A DNA stretch of 64,000 nt from an uncultured Pseudomonadota bacterium (GTDB taxonomy: Bacteria > Oederibacteriota > Muellerivitia > Muellerivitales > Muellerivitaceae): assembly GCA_963770835.1 (NCBI GenBank), contig CAVYRH010000026.1:192001-256000 (forward strand), written 5' to 3'. Positions 10,100-18,901 of this stretch are shown piece by piece. The position numbers and the translations under genes are program-made. Numbering within the stretch: the first letter of the stretch is position 1; every line of letters begins with the position of its first letter. A model generated the notes under the pieces. That model was given only the letters and a program-made list of their open reading frames with translations, was not told the DNA's origin and did no database searches.

Positions 10100-10210
10100 A
10101 TTTGAACCACCAAGACACCATGCCGACCTTCCATAAGGGAGTTAAAGAGGTCGGTATAGTACCGATTTCCATAATTTTGTTTTAAGGATAATCGGCACAA
10201 GGGCACCAAG
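10100..10210. repeat. CACCAAG-periodic repeat with nested 79-bp double-hairpin element
   Basis: Near-identical reverse complement of 12727-12838; inner element 10120-10198. Confidence 0.85.
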
Positions 10211-10277
10211 AACGGCAAAAGAATTCCGGAAAGCCATCGCCTCTTTTTCTTTATCTGAATGGAAAGGCGGACCTCCC

Positions 10278-10784
10278 ATGAAATGGTTCCTCGCGATCTT
10301 CGTCCTCGCCGTAGCCGGCCTTGCCGGTTGGTTCGGCTACTGCCCCATTCCCATCCTCGACCAATTCCAAGCGGCAGTGGACAGCGGTAAGCCCGAGGCG
10401 GTCCAGCCGTTCATGGACGTCCCCTCCCTGAAGAAGAACGTCGCGGATTACGTCAAGCTGCGGTACAACCACGCCGACAACCCTTCCGCCGATTTGTCCC
10501 CCGACCAGGTCGATTCCATCGTGAACAGTTTCGTGACGCCTAACACCATCCTGCTGATGATGAAGGGCGTCAAACTGGAACCGGGAAATACCCTGCCGGA
10601 CACCGTGCCGGAGGGCCCGGATCCCTTTCCCGTCGACAAGCATTACCAATCCCCGGACATCTATGCCATTGATATTTACTTAAGCCAGGTCCAGACCCCC
10701 GACAATAAAATGACGATTTTTTTCGAACGGAACGGGTGGTTCGATTGGAAGCTGGCGGGTCTCCGCTTTTCCTGGGGCGGGTAA
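10278..10784 (+). CDS. DUF2939-like exported protein
   Basis: N-terminal TM; A...G....V...MDVPSLK; C-terminal FERNGWFDWKLAGL. Confidence 0.7.
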   Translation: MKWFLAIFVLAVAGLAGWFGYCPIPILDQFQAAVDSGKPEAVQPFMDVPSLKKNVADYVKLRYNHADNPSADLSPDQVDSIVNSFVTPNTILLMMKGVKLEPGNTLPDTVPEGPDPFPVDKHYQSPDIYAIDIYLSQVQTPDNKMTIFFERNGWFDWKLAGLRFSWGG

Positions 10785-10809
10785 TTTAATTCAGTAACGG
10801 GGGGAATTT

Positions 10810-11175
10810 ATGGACAAGCTGACGGGTTTCGTGGGCCGGATCATTTACGCAATTCCATTCCTGGGATTCGGGTTTGGCCACTTGTCGAACGCGGGTAAGA
10901 TGGCGGGCTACGTGCCTTCTTATATCCCGGGCGGTGTTTTTTGGATTTACTTCACGGGTGTTGCCATGATCCTGGCGGCCTTGGCCATCATCACGGGCAA
11001 GCAAGGGCGAAATGCCTGCTTAGGTCTGGCCCTCATGCTTCTCATCTTCATCGTGACCATCCACCTGCCGGGATTGTCAAACCCTGAAATGAAGATGATG
11101 TCGATGATGAATTTTTTCAAGGACATGGGTCTGATGGGCGGGGCGCTCGTCATCGCGGGGACATTCAAAAAGTAG
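10810..11175 (+). CDS. DoxX family membrane protein
   Basis: GRIIYAIPF..FG.GH, VPSYIPGG.FW.Y.TG, FFKDMGLMGGAL. Confidence 0.88.
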   Translation: MDKLTGFVGRIIYAIPFLGFGFGHLSNAGKMAGYVPSYIPGGVFWIYFTGVAMILAALAIITGKQGRNACLGLALMLLIFIVTIHLPGLSNPEMKMMSMMNFFKDMGLMGGALVIAGTFKK

Positions 11176-11179
11176 GGAT

Positions 11180-11228
11180 CTACCGGCCGCTGCCCATCAC
11201 TTCGCCTGCAGCCTCGCTGCCTTGGGCC
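11180..11228 (-). repeat. Diverged direct duplicate of the 3' end of the 11298-11549 gene
   Basis: 44/49 identity to 11298-11346; encodes the same QGSEAAGEVMGSGR* peptide. Confidence 0.85.
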
Positions 11229-11297
11229 AATCGCCTTGCGATTGGCACCACCCAAGCTTAGCCTCTCACCTTGTGGGTTCGAGGCTGGGACGGCATT

Positions 11298-11549
11298 CTA
11301 CCGACCGCTGCCCATCACTTCACCCGCGGCCTCGCTGCCTTGGACCGCGGCGGCGGCAGGAGAACCCGACATGGGCTGACCGCCGTTGATCGTGCTGGGA
11401 GCGGAAGCGGCGGGCTTATCACCTCCCGCCACCATGGGCCAGAGGTAGACATAACCCGCGTATCCGGCGGCGCCCAAGATCAGCACAAACAACAGGACCT
11501 TCACCATGCCCTCGCCTTTTTGGTTTCGAATGCCTTTGAATGGATTCAT
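11298..11549 (-). CDS. Small single-TM protein with prepilin-like N-terminus
   Basis: GGAGGG RBS; MNPFKGIRNQKG|EGMVKVLLFVLILG resembles a class III signal peptide but lacks Glu+5. Confidence 0.65.
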   Translation of the reverse strand: MNPFKGIRNQKGEGMVKVLLFVLILGAAGYAGYVYLWPMVAGGDKPAASAPSTINGGQPMSGSPAAAAVQGSEAAGEVMGSGR

Positions 11550-11650
11550 CTTACCCTCCTGGAGTGTCATGTCTTAATCGTACCACTGAAAGCATCCCCG
11601 AAATATCGATCCACAAACCATCTTTTTTCCTTTATCTTGTAATCATTCAT

Positions 11651-11756
11651 GTGCCGATTCATCGTTTATAAAAAAGAAAAAAAGGAAATCGGTACTATAC
11701 CGACCTCTGTTTTTTGTGCGGCAAGCCGCGCAAAACAGTAAAAGGAATGTCGGCAT
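11651..11756. repeat. Stand-alone variant of the double-hairpin element
   Basis: GTGCCGATT...GGAAATCGGTACTATACCGACCTCT...GTCGGCAT; stems shared with the 10120 and 12739 copies, loops differ. Confidence 0.8.
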
Positions 11757-12645
11757 GAGTAATCAAATCCTAAATACCCCCCGCCTTCCAATACCTTCTT
11801 TCCTCCTCAACCCCCATCCTAAGCACGTGTTCCGGGAAGCCATCGCCCAGCTCCCCATGAACGGTATCCACACCATCTGCGAGGAAGCCAAGTGCCCCAA
11901 TCGGGGTGAATGCCTGCCGCACCACGGCACCATTTCCATCATGGTCATGGGTTCCATCTGCACCCGGGGGTGCCCTTTTTGCGCGGTGACGACCGGCAGG
12001 CCCCTGCCCCTGGACCCGGAGGAACCCCAAAAGGTCGTGGAGATCGCCAAGGCGTTGAAGGTGCGCTACCTGGTCATGACTTCCCCCAACCGGGATGAAC
12101 AGGCGGACGGGGGCGCTACCCAGTTCGTGAAAATTGTGGGCGCTTTGAGGGTATTCAATCCGGATTTGAGGATCGAAATTTTAGTGCCCGATTTCCAAGG
12201 CAAGGAAGCGTCGTTTCAGGCACTGCTGCAAAACCCACCGGACGTCATCGCCCATGACTTACAAACCATCCCACGGCTTTATGAATCCATCCGGCCGGGA
12301 GCTGAATATCCAAGGTCGCTCAACCTTTTCCGCTGGTTCAAGAAAAACTCCGATTCTTCCAAAGTCGTGTTGAAAGCGGGGCTGATGGTGGGTTTCGGGG
12401 AAACCGAGGAAGAGGTGGCGTGTGTTTTGGCGGACGCGGCTGAGGCCGGCGTGAAGTTTTTCACCATCGGGCAATACCTGAAGCCTCCTGGTTCCAGCCT
12501 GGAGGTCACCGAATATGTGCCCCTGGAACGCTACCGCCGCTGGACAGAAGCGGGAGCCAAGCTGGGACTTGCGGTACAAGCATCCCCCCTGACCCGTTCC
12601 AGTTACTTGGCTGACCGTCTGGCGACGGAAAACCGAACATCCTAA
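11755..12645 (+). CDS. lipA: Lipoyl synthase
   Basis: CEEAKCPNRGEC auxiliary-cluster motif, CTRGCPFC radical SAM motif, TIGQYL, C-terminal RSSY. Confidence 0.92.
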   Translation: MSNQILNTPRLPIPSFLLNPHPKHVFREAIAQLPMNGIHTICEEAKCPNRGECLPHHGTISIMVMGSICTRGCPFCAVTTGRPLPLDPEEPQKVVEIAKALKVRYLVMTSPNRDEQADGGATQFVKIVGALRVFNPDLRIEILVPDFQGKEASFQALLQNPPDVIAHDLQTIPRLYESIRPGAEYPRSLNLFRWFKKNSDSSKVVLKAGLMVGFGETEEEVACVLADAAEAGVKFFTIGQYLKPPGSSLEVTEYVPLERYRRWTEAGAKLGLAVQASPLTRSSYLADRLATENRTS

Positions 12646-12649
12646 AGTC

Positions 12650-12838
12650 ATTTAACCACCAAGGCACCAAGAACGACATCAAATGAAAACCGAGAAAAGA
12701 TATTTAAAATTCATTTTTCTGCCTTACTTGGTGTCTTTGTGCCGATTATCCTTAAAACAAAATTATGGAAATCGGTACTATACCGACCTCTTTAAACTCC
12801 CTTATGGAAGGTCGGCATTGTGTCTTGGCGGTTCAAAT
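12650..12838. repeat. MITE-like CACCAAG/CTTGGTG inverted-arm element with nested double-hairpin (12739-12818)
   Basis: Left arm TTTAACCACCAAGGCACCAAG; right arm CTTGGTGTCTTT[inner]TGTGTCTTGGCGGTTCAAAT. Confidence 0.8.
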
Positions 12839-12898
12839 GATTTTGCCTTAAGCTTTAACCGTCCTTGACCTTATCCTCCGGACATTGAACAATAAGCC

Positions 12899-13699
12899 AT
12901 GCCTTCCTCCGGAAAAAACGGAAACAACTCCCTCTTCAATCGATTGATCCTGCCCCTGGCCGTTCCCGCCCTGGCCCTTGTTTTTTGGCAGGTCATGAGC
13001 GACAAGGGCTTCCTCAGACCCTCCATCCTGCCTTCCCCCTTGGTGATCGCTAAAACACTCCAAAGCATGCTTGTCTCCGGCGAGCTCTTGGGCCATTTGA
13101 AGGTAAGCCTCCTCCGGGTGTTCGAGGGTTTCGGCATTGGGGCGGTCTTGGGGACGGGCTTGGGACTGGCCATGGGCCTTTCCGTGCGCCTGAACCGGGC
13201 CTTTTCCCTGGTGACGGGCCTTTTGCGTCCCATCCCCACCATCGCCTGGATCCCGGTCCTCATCCTTTGGCTGGGCATTGACGAGGGTTCCAAAGTCACG
13301 GTGATCGCCGTGGGCAGTTTTTGGCCCGTGTTTTTAAACGTCCTGCAAGGGGTGAAAGGGACCGACATTAAATACCTGGAAGTGGCGAGGGTTTTGGAAA
13401 AAAACCGGCTGACCGTCCTTACCCGCGTCGTCCTGCCCTCGGCCCTTCCTTCCCTTTTCACTGGGTTACGTGTAGGTCTGGGCATTGCCTGGGCCAGCGT
13501 TGTGGGGGCCGAGCTCATCGCGGCTTCCTCCGGCATCGGTTACATGATCATGTATGCCCGCGAGGTATCCCAGCCCGACGTCATGCTAGTGGGGGTCGTC
13601 ACCATCGGGCTGACGGGCTTGTTGATGGACTTCCTGGTCGTGAAATTGGAGCAACGGCTCCTTCGGTGGAATAAAGCCGGGGAAGAAGGGCAGGTATGA
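12899..13699 (+). CDS. ABC transporter permease (SsuC/TauC-like)
   Basis: ILPSP, LGHLKVSLLRV, LRPIPTIAWIP, VVGAELIAASSGIGY. Confidence 0.9.
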   Translation: MPSSGKNGNNSLFNRLILPLAVPALALVFWQVMSDKGFLRPSILPSPLVIAKTLQSMLVSGELLGHLKVSLLRVFEGFGIGAVLGTGLGLAMGLSVRLNRAFSLVTGLLRPIPTIAWIPVLILWLGIDEGSKVTVIAVGSFWPVFLNVLQGVKGTDIKYLEVARVLEKNRLTVLTRVVLPSALPSLFTGLRVGLGIAWASVVGAELIAASSGIGYMIMYAREVSQPDVMLVGVVTIGLTGLLMDFLVVKLEQRLLRWNKAGEEGQV

Positions 13700-14475
13700 G
13701 GGCCAGCCAGGACATCCTCCGGGTCAAGGGTGTGGAAAAAAGCTTCTCGCTTCCTGATGGGGTTTTACCCGTATTGGCCGGGGTCAACCTGGAAGTGGCA
13801 CCCGGGGAGTTCACGATCCTGTTGGGAAAAAGCGGCTGTGGGAAAAGTACCCTGCTGCGGCTCATCGGCGGCCTGGAAAGGGCCACCCGGGGGGAAATCC
13901 TTTTGGGGGAAAGGCGAATCCTGAATCCCGGACTGGAACGGGGCATGGTGTTCCAGGAACCCCGGTTATTTCCCTGGATGACCGCGCGGGAGAACATCGC
14001 CTTTGGCTTGAGGGCCGACAGGGAAGCGCGGGAAGCGAAGGAAACGGTGGAAAAATACCTGGCCTTGGTGGGACTCACAGGTTTCGGCGACGCCTATCCC
14101 CACCAGTTGTCCGGCGGCATGCAGCAAAGGACCGCCCTGGCCCGGGCCCTGGTAAGCCATCCGGAGGTGCTCCTTTTGGATGAGCCTTTCGGAGCCCTGG
14201 ACGCCTTGACCCGTATCCAAATGCAGCTGGAGATCCTGAGGATTTGGCGGGAAAGCCGGGGAACGGTGCTGCTGGTGACCCATGACATCGACGAAGCCGT
14301 CTTCCTGGGCGACCGCATCGCGGTGATGACGGACCGCCCTGGAACGATCCGGGAAATCATCCCCGTCCCCCTCGCCCGGCCCCGGGACCGTAGCGGAGCC
14401 CCCTTTGTCAAAATCCGCCGGAAAATCTACAATGAGTTTTTCCAATTTCCCCGGAAAACCCGGAAAGGCGCCTGA
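13696..14475 (+). CDS. ABC transporter ATP-binding protein (SsuB/TauB-like)
   Basis: GKSGCGKST, LSGGMQQR, LLLDEPFGALD, VTHDIDEA. Confidence 0.93.
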   Translation: MRASQDILRVKGVEKSFSLPDGVLPVLAGVNLEVAPGEFTILLGKSGCGKSTLLRLIGGLERATRGEILLGERRILNPGLERGMVFQEPRLFPWMTARENIAFGLRADREAREAKETVEKYLALVGLTGFGDAYPHQLSGGMQQRTALARALVSHPEVLLLDEPFGALDALTRIQMQLEILRIWRESRGTVLLVTHDIDEAVFLGDRIAVMTDRPGTIREIIPVPLARPRDRSGAPFVKIRRKIYNEFFQFPRKTRKGA

Positions 14476-14476
14476 A

Positions 14477-15427
14477 ATGAAAAAATGGGTGTTCGTCGGT
14501 TTGGCCTTCCTGTCCGGTCTTTCCGCCGTCCAGGCGGGGCAAGAAAAAACCGTGCGCATCGGTTACCAGCCCTCCTCCAGCGTCCTATTGGTAGGCAAGG
14601 CCAAGGGTTTTTACGACCAGGAATTCGCCAAGGCGGGTGTGAAGGTGGAATGGATCCCCTTCCTTTCGGGCCCGGTCATGATCGAGGCGGCGGCCGGGGA
14701 CCGGGTGGACCTCTTGGGCGTGGGCAATATGCCGGTCCTGGTGGCGCGCGCCGGGGGCATCGACATCAAGGTCATCGCCAAGGCCGCTTTCAACCCGGCC
14801 ACCAACGCGGTTTTGGTAAAGCCCGATTCCGCCATCCGGACGGTCGCGGACCTGAAGGGAAAGAAAATCGCGGCCCAGATCGGCTCCAGCGTGCATTACT
14901 TCCTTTACCAGTTGCTCACCCCCTTGGGCCTTTCCATCCAGGACGTGAAGCTGGTCAACCTGGCCGGTCCGGACCAGGGACCGGCCTTGGAAAGCGGGGC
15001 GGTCGACGCCATCGTGCTTTGGATGCCCTACCGCACCCAGCTGGAAAAGGCCGGTAAGGTCCGGGTGCTGGCGGACTCGGCCCACGTGCCGGGAAGCCTG
15101 AGCTTTTACGCTTTGCGCAACGGTTTTGGGACCGGGGATCCCGCTTTGGTGGAAGCCTTCTTGAGGGCCACCCGGGCCACCAACGAATACATGAGAAAGC
15201 ACTCGGCCGAATCCCTCGAAGTGCTGGCCAAGGACAGCCAGTTCCCCAAGGAAGCGCTGGCCGAGAGCCTGAAAGGATTCGACTGGTCCATGGGAATCAC
15301 GGACAAGGACATCCGGGAAATGAAAGACATCAAGGATTTCCTGAAAGCCAACCAGGTATTGCGGAACGATTTCAATATCCGGGATTTGTTCGATACCAGC
15401 TATTTGGAAAAGGTGGAGGGTCATTGA
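14477..15427 (+). CDS. Aliphatic sulfonate-type ABC substrate-binding protein (SsuA-like)
   Basis: Signal peptide; VRIGYQ, F.SGP..IEA, DLKGKKIA...GS, GAVDA...W.P. Confidence 0.88.
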   Translation: MKKWVFVGLAFLSGLSAVQAGQEKTVRIGYQPSSSVLLVGKAKGFYDQEFAKAGVKVEWIPFLSGPVMIEAAAGDRVDLLGVGNMPVLVARAGGIDIKVIAKAAFNPATNAVLVKPDSAIRTVADLKGKKIAAQIGSSVHYFLYQLLTPLGLSIQDVKLVNLAGPDQGPALESGAVDAIVLWMPYRTQLEKAGKVRVLADSAHVPGSLSFYALRNGFGTGDPALVEAFLRATRATNEYMRKHSAESLEVLAKDSQFPKEALAESLKGFDWSMGITDKDIREMKDIKDFLKANQVLRNDFNIRDLFDTSYLEKVEGH

Positions 15428-15783
15428 GTTACTTTTCCGATTCCCTCTATTACGTCACGCTGTACACAACAGAACACAAGCCTTTGCTGGAGGGTAACCT
15501 CCTCCGCATGGTGGGACAAGCCTTTAAAAACCTGCCGGGGCGTTTCCCGGGCTTGAAATTGGTGCGCCACCTGGTTTATCCGAACCGGGTGGAAATGCTG
15601 TTAGACTTACAACGGTTGGACGAGGATCTGCTTCGGATCATCCAATCGTTCAAGTCGGAAGTGAAGGGCCTGGCCAAGAAGGAGGGTTATTCCCACCAGG
15701 CGTTGTGGCAGTGGTCGTATGAGGAAAGGGAAATCCGCAATTCGGAAGAGCTGTTGAAAATGGGGGAAGGGGGAGGGGCATGA
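15424..15783 (+). CDS. Degenerate REP-associated tyrosine transposase (RAYT / Y1 HUH) homologue
   Basis: YYVTLYT, LVYPNRVEMLL (cf. VMPNHxH), IIQSFKS, LWQWSYEEREIRN (cf. WQxxYYEHxIRN); ends before the YIxxNP helix. Confidence 0.72.
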   Translation: MSYFSDSLYYVTLYTTEHKPLLEGNLLRMVGQAFKNLPGRFPGLKLVRHLVYPNRVEMLLDLQRLDEDLLRIIQSFKSEVKGLAKKEGYSHQALWQWSYEEREIRNSEELLKMGEGGGA

Positions 15784-16043
15784 AAAAATTCTTATCGATC
15801 ATCACGGTGCTGGCCTTTTTAACCGGAGGGACGGTTTGGGCCCAAAGCTCAACCGACAATTCCACGAGTTCAAAAAGCCATTCCCACAAGAAGAAAAAAT
15901 CCACGAAGGGCAAGAGCAGTAAGTCCAAAAAGAAAAAATCGGCCAAGGGCAAGAAATCGTCCAAGTCCAAATCCAAGGGCGAGGTCAAGGCGGACACGGG
16001 GGTCGGCAAGGACGACGTTGAGATCGATTTAAAAGGCCAATAA
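15780..16043 (+). CDS. Small secreted Lys/Ser-rich protein
   Basis: Signal peptide ending VWA; HSHKKKKSTKGKSSKSKKKKS; GGAGG RBS. Confidence 0.75.
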   Translation: MKKFLSIITVLAFLTGGTVWAQSSTDNSTSSKSHSHKKKKSTKGKSSKSKKKKSAKGKKSSKSKSKGEVKADTGVGKDDVEIDLKGQ

Positions 16044-16128
16044 GGCCTCGAACGACGAGCCCATCGATAGCCGAAGGGGGATCCCCCGGAAATTTAGCGA
16101 CGGGTCATTGAAAAAAAGGGTGGCCCTG

Positions 16129-16156
16129 TGTAACCCTGTTATCCCTGGGATCGTAC
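16129..16156 (+). promoter_or_regulatory. Putative ECF-sigma promoter
   Basis: TGTAAC-N17-CGTAC upstream of the 16207 gene. Confidence 0.45.
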
Positions 16157-16206
16157 CTAGGGGAGGTCCCTTGGGACGTTTGAAATTTTGATTTTCGGAG
16201 GTTGGC

Positions 16207-16644
16207 ATGAAAAAGGCGTTGGTTTTGGCAGCGGTTTTGGTGATGACCCTTTTCGTGGGCCCGGTCTTCGCCGATGACTCGAGCGCGACTAACAGTTCGA
16301 GCGACATGCACACGGCTATGAAGATGGACGACTCAACGTCCATGGGCAAGGCCATGAAATGCGAAGTGATCGACGTGGCCTGCTATATCGCCAAGGGAGC
16401 CAAAGGCGAGGGACACCAGGCCTGCGCGGCAAAGTGCATCTCGGGCGGCGGGGAATTGGCCCTGCTTTACAACGGAAAGCTCTACATCCCCGTGGATAAG
16501 GACTACCATTCGGCCCGCGACCAGTTCGTGACTAAGGGCGGCGAGATGGTGAGCGTGACGGGAAAAACCGTCAGCAAGAGCGGGTTAAACTACATGGTTT
16601 TGAGCGATATGGCTTCTTCCAGCGACACGAAGAGCGGAATGTAA
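16207..16644 (+). CDS. Secreted protein with Cys/His cluster
   Basis: Signal peptide; EVIDVACY...GHQACAAKCISGG; GGAGG RBS. Confidence 0.8.
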   Translation: MKKALVLAAVLVMTLFVGPVFADDSSATNSSSDMHTAMKMDDSTSMGKAMKCEVIDVACYIAKGAKGEGHQACAAKCISGGGELALLYNGKLYIPVDKDYHSARDQFVTKGGEMVSVTGKTVSKSGLNYMVLSDMASSSDTKSGM

Positions 16645-16675
16645 CCTGTTTCAAAATTAAACGCTTCAAGCTTTT

Positions 16676-16710
16676 AAGCCTCCCGGCCCAAGACGGGGGG
16701 CTTTTTGTTT
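16676..16710 (+). terminator. Intrinsic terminator
   Basis: AAGCCTCCCG-loop-CGGGGGGCTT followed by a T tract. Confidence 0.75.
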
Positions 16711-16730
16711 TATGGAAGTTTATTGAAACT

Positions 16731-16784
16731 GAGGTTGCTCCGTCATAAACGACCCGCTATTCGCGGGTCATTCCTCGCAATGAC
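16731..16784. repeat. GATTGC...CTCGCAATGAC-type palindromic repeat with inner hairpin
   Basis: GAGGTTGCTCCGTC...GACCCGCTATTCGCGGGTC...TTCCTCGCAATGAC, between convergent genes. Confidence 0.55.
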
Positions 16785-16790
16785 AGCAAT

Positions 16791-17339
16791 TTATTCTTTG
16801 GTGATTTCGGAGGAATTGATGAGGGTGATGCCGGCGCGGGCCATCGCTTTAAGCGCTTTTTCGCCGTCACCTGGTTTCTTATCGACGGCTGCCACGGCGT
16901 CCTCCACCACGAAGGTTTCGAAACCGTTTTTGTCTGCGTCCAAGGCGGTGGCTTTCACGCAGTAGTCTGTGGCTAGGCCGGCCACGTAGAGATCCTCCAC
17001 TTTTTCCTTCTTGAGGAAGTCGGCCAGGTCCGCGCTGGTGGCCTCAAAGGCGGAGTACCCGTCGTCTTTGTTCTTGGTCCCCTTCAGGAAGACCTTTTTG
17101 ATTTTGGAGGAGTTCAATTGGGGGTGGAAATCCGATCCCGGAGTGTTTTGCAAGCAATGGGGCGGCCACTTCTTAAAGTGCACACTGTCCGTGGGGTGCC
17201 AGTCCTTGGAGGCGATGACGAGGGGGAAGAAATCCATTATCTGGTTGATGACGGGCACAACCTTATCCCCTTCCGGGACGGCCAGGGTGCCGCCGGGGCA
17301 GAAGTCATTTTGAACGTCCACGATCAACAGGGCTTTCAT
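16791..17339 (-). CDS. pncA: Nicotinamidase
   Basis: ALLIVDVQNDFCPGGTL, DWHP, WPPHC, KG...YSAF, GLATDYCV. Confidence 0.95.
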   Translation of the reverse strand: MKALLIVDVQNDFCPGGTLAVPEGDKVVPVINQIMDFFPLVIASKDWHPTDSVHFKKWPPHCLQNTPGSDFHPQLNSSKIKKVFLKGTKNKDDGYSAFEATSADLADFLKKEKVEDLYVAGLATDYCVKATALDADKNGFETFVVEDAVAAVDKKPGDGEKALKAMARAGITLINSSEITKE

Positions 17340-17459
17340 GGTTTCACCTCAACGATATTATTCCATGAATAAGGCGGGAAAGCTCCGCTGTTCAAGGAGA
17401 AATAACGGCGGTTGGGTTGGGAAAATCCGTGAATTTAAGAAGGACCCGAGTTTATTTTT

Positions 17460-18872
17460 CTAGGATTTTGAATGTTCGTGGATGATCCGGGTTCTTAAGT
17501 CCATCAATTTTTGGCTGATGCCCACTTTGTAGGTATGGGGGTTCTCGAAACGCTTGCGCTCAGGCGAAAGCTTGGACAGGCGTTCTTGGGCATAGGCCGC
17601 CGCTTCCTTCACCGTGAGGCTCGTCAGGCTTTTGCCCCCCTCCATTACCTTGAAGAGGATACTCTCGGGGAAATACTGGGCCACCCGGCTTTTTTGCTCC
17701 GGAGAGGTGGGATGGTAGATGGTTTCAACGCTTTTTTCCTCCTCCAGAAGGATGCCGTCCGCGTAAAAGAAACCGTCCGGATCGGTGTAACGGACGACTT
17801 TTTTCGCGCCCGGCAGGGAAGTCTTGGCCAGGTTTTCGGAAACCTTGAGGGTGGGTTTGCCCTCATAGACTCCCAGTTTATAAACGCCGTCCAGGGCGGG
17901 AGAATCCTGGCCGGTTAAAAGGCTGGTGCCCACGCCGAAGACGTTGATGGGGGCCCCCTGGTCCAGGAGGCTCTTGATGAGGTGCTCGTCCAATTGGTTG
18001 GAAGCCACGATCTTCACGTAATGCAGGCTTTCCTGGTCCAGCATGGCGCGGGCCCGCTTGCTCAAATAGGCCAGGTCGCCCGAGTCCAGCCTAATCCCCG
18101 CCAGCCGGTGGCCCTTTTCCTCCAGTTCCTTGGCCACGATCATGGCGTTGGGGAGGCCGCTGTCGAGGGTGTTGTAGGTGTCCACCAAAAGGGTGCAGCG
18201 GTCGGGATAGATTTCGGCGAATTTGCGGAAGGCCGTCAATTCGTCGGGGAAGCTCTGGATCCAGGAATGGGCCTGGGTGCCGGAGGGGGAAAGGGAATAA
18301 AGGAAAGCGGAATAAACGTTCGAGGTGGCCGTGACACCCCCGATGAGCGCCGCACGGGAGGCCTGGATGCCGGCCAGCCCCTGCGCCCGGCGAAGGCCGA
18401 AATCCACGACCTTGCGGCTTTGTGCCGCCCAGGACATACGGGAAGCCTTGGTGGCGATGAGGGACTCGAAGTTAAGGAAATTCAACAGCAGGGTCTCGAT
18501 GATCTGGGTTTCCAGAAAGGTGCCTTCCACCCGCACAACCGGTTCCAGGGGGAACACTACTTCCCCCTCCCGTACCGAATAAATCCTCCCCTTAAAGCGG
18601 AAATTTTTCAGGTAGTCCAGGAAGGGTTTCTGGAAGCCCTGGCTCTTCAGGTATTCCAGGTCCTCTTCCCCATAAGTGAAACCCTCCAGCGCCTCCAGGA
18701 GGTCAGCGAGGCCCGCGAAAACCACGTAGCCGCCCTTGAAGGGATTTTCGCGGAAGAAGTAATCAAAGCTGGCGGGCGCGTCGGCCTTACCGGTGAGCAC
18801 GTAACCCTGGGCCATGGTGAGCTCGTAAAAGTCGGTGTAAAGGCCCAAGTGACGGGGAATGAGGGAGGACAT
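17460..18872 (-). CDS. pncB: Nicotinate phosphoribosyltransferase
   Basis: TDFYELTMAQ, DFGLRRAQG, GTQAHSW, LLVDTY, IRLDSGDL, FGVGT, GVYKL. Start at MSSLIP. Confidence 0.95.
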   Translation of the reverse strand: MSSLIPRHLGLYTDFYELTMAQGYVLTGKADAPASFDYFFRENPFKGGYVVFAGLADLLEALEGFTYGEEDLEYLKSQGFQKPFLDYLKNFRFKGRIYSVREGEVVFPLEPVVRVEGTFLETQIIETLLLNFLNFESLIATKASRMSWAAQSRKVVDFGLRRAQGLAGIQASRAALIGGVTATSNVYSAFLYSLSPSGTQAHSWIQSFPDELTAFRKFAEIYPDRCTLLVDTYNTLDSGLPNAMIVAKELEEKGHRLAGIRLDSGDLAYLSKRARAMLDQESLHYVKIVASNQLDEHLIKSLLDQGAPINVFGVGTSLLTGQDSPALDGVYKLGVYEGKPTLKVSENLAKTSLPGAKKVVRYTDPDGFFYADGILLEEEKSVETIYHPTSPEQKSRVAQYFPESILFKVMEGGKSLTSLTVKEAAAYAQERLSKLSPERKRFENPHTYKVGISQKLMDLRTRIIHEHSKS

Positions 18873-18901
18873 GAGGGCATTATAGACCACAAGGGCGGGG
18901 G

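Noticed and set aside
11260..11290. tRNA fragment (GGGTTCGAG)
   Set aside because: No T-stem pairing or cloverleaf can be built.
11180..11346. DGR template/variable repeat pair
   Set aside because: Mismatches are mostly synonymous transitions, not adenine-specific, and there is no reverse transcriptase in the window.
10100..12838. CRISPR array
   Set aside because: Copies are dispersed, in mixed orientation and kilobases apart, with no regular spacers or cas genes.
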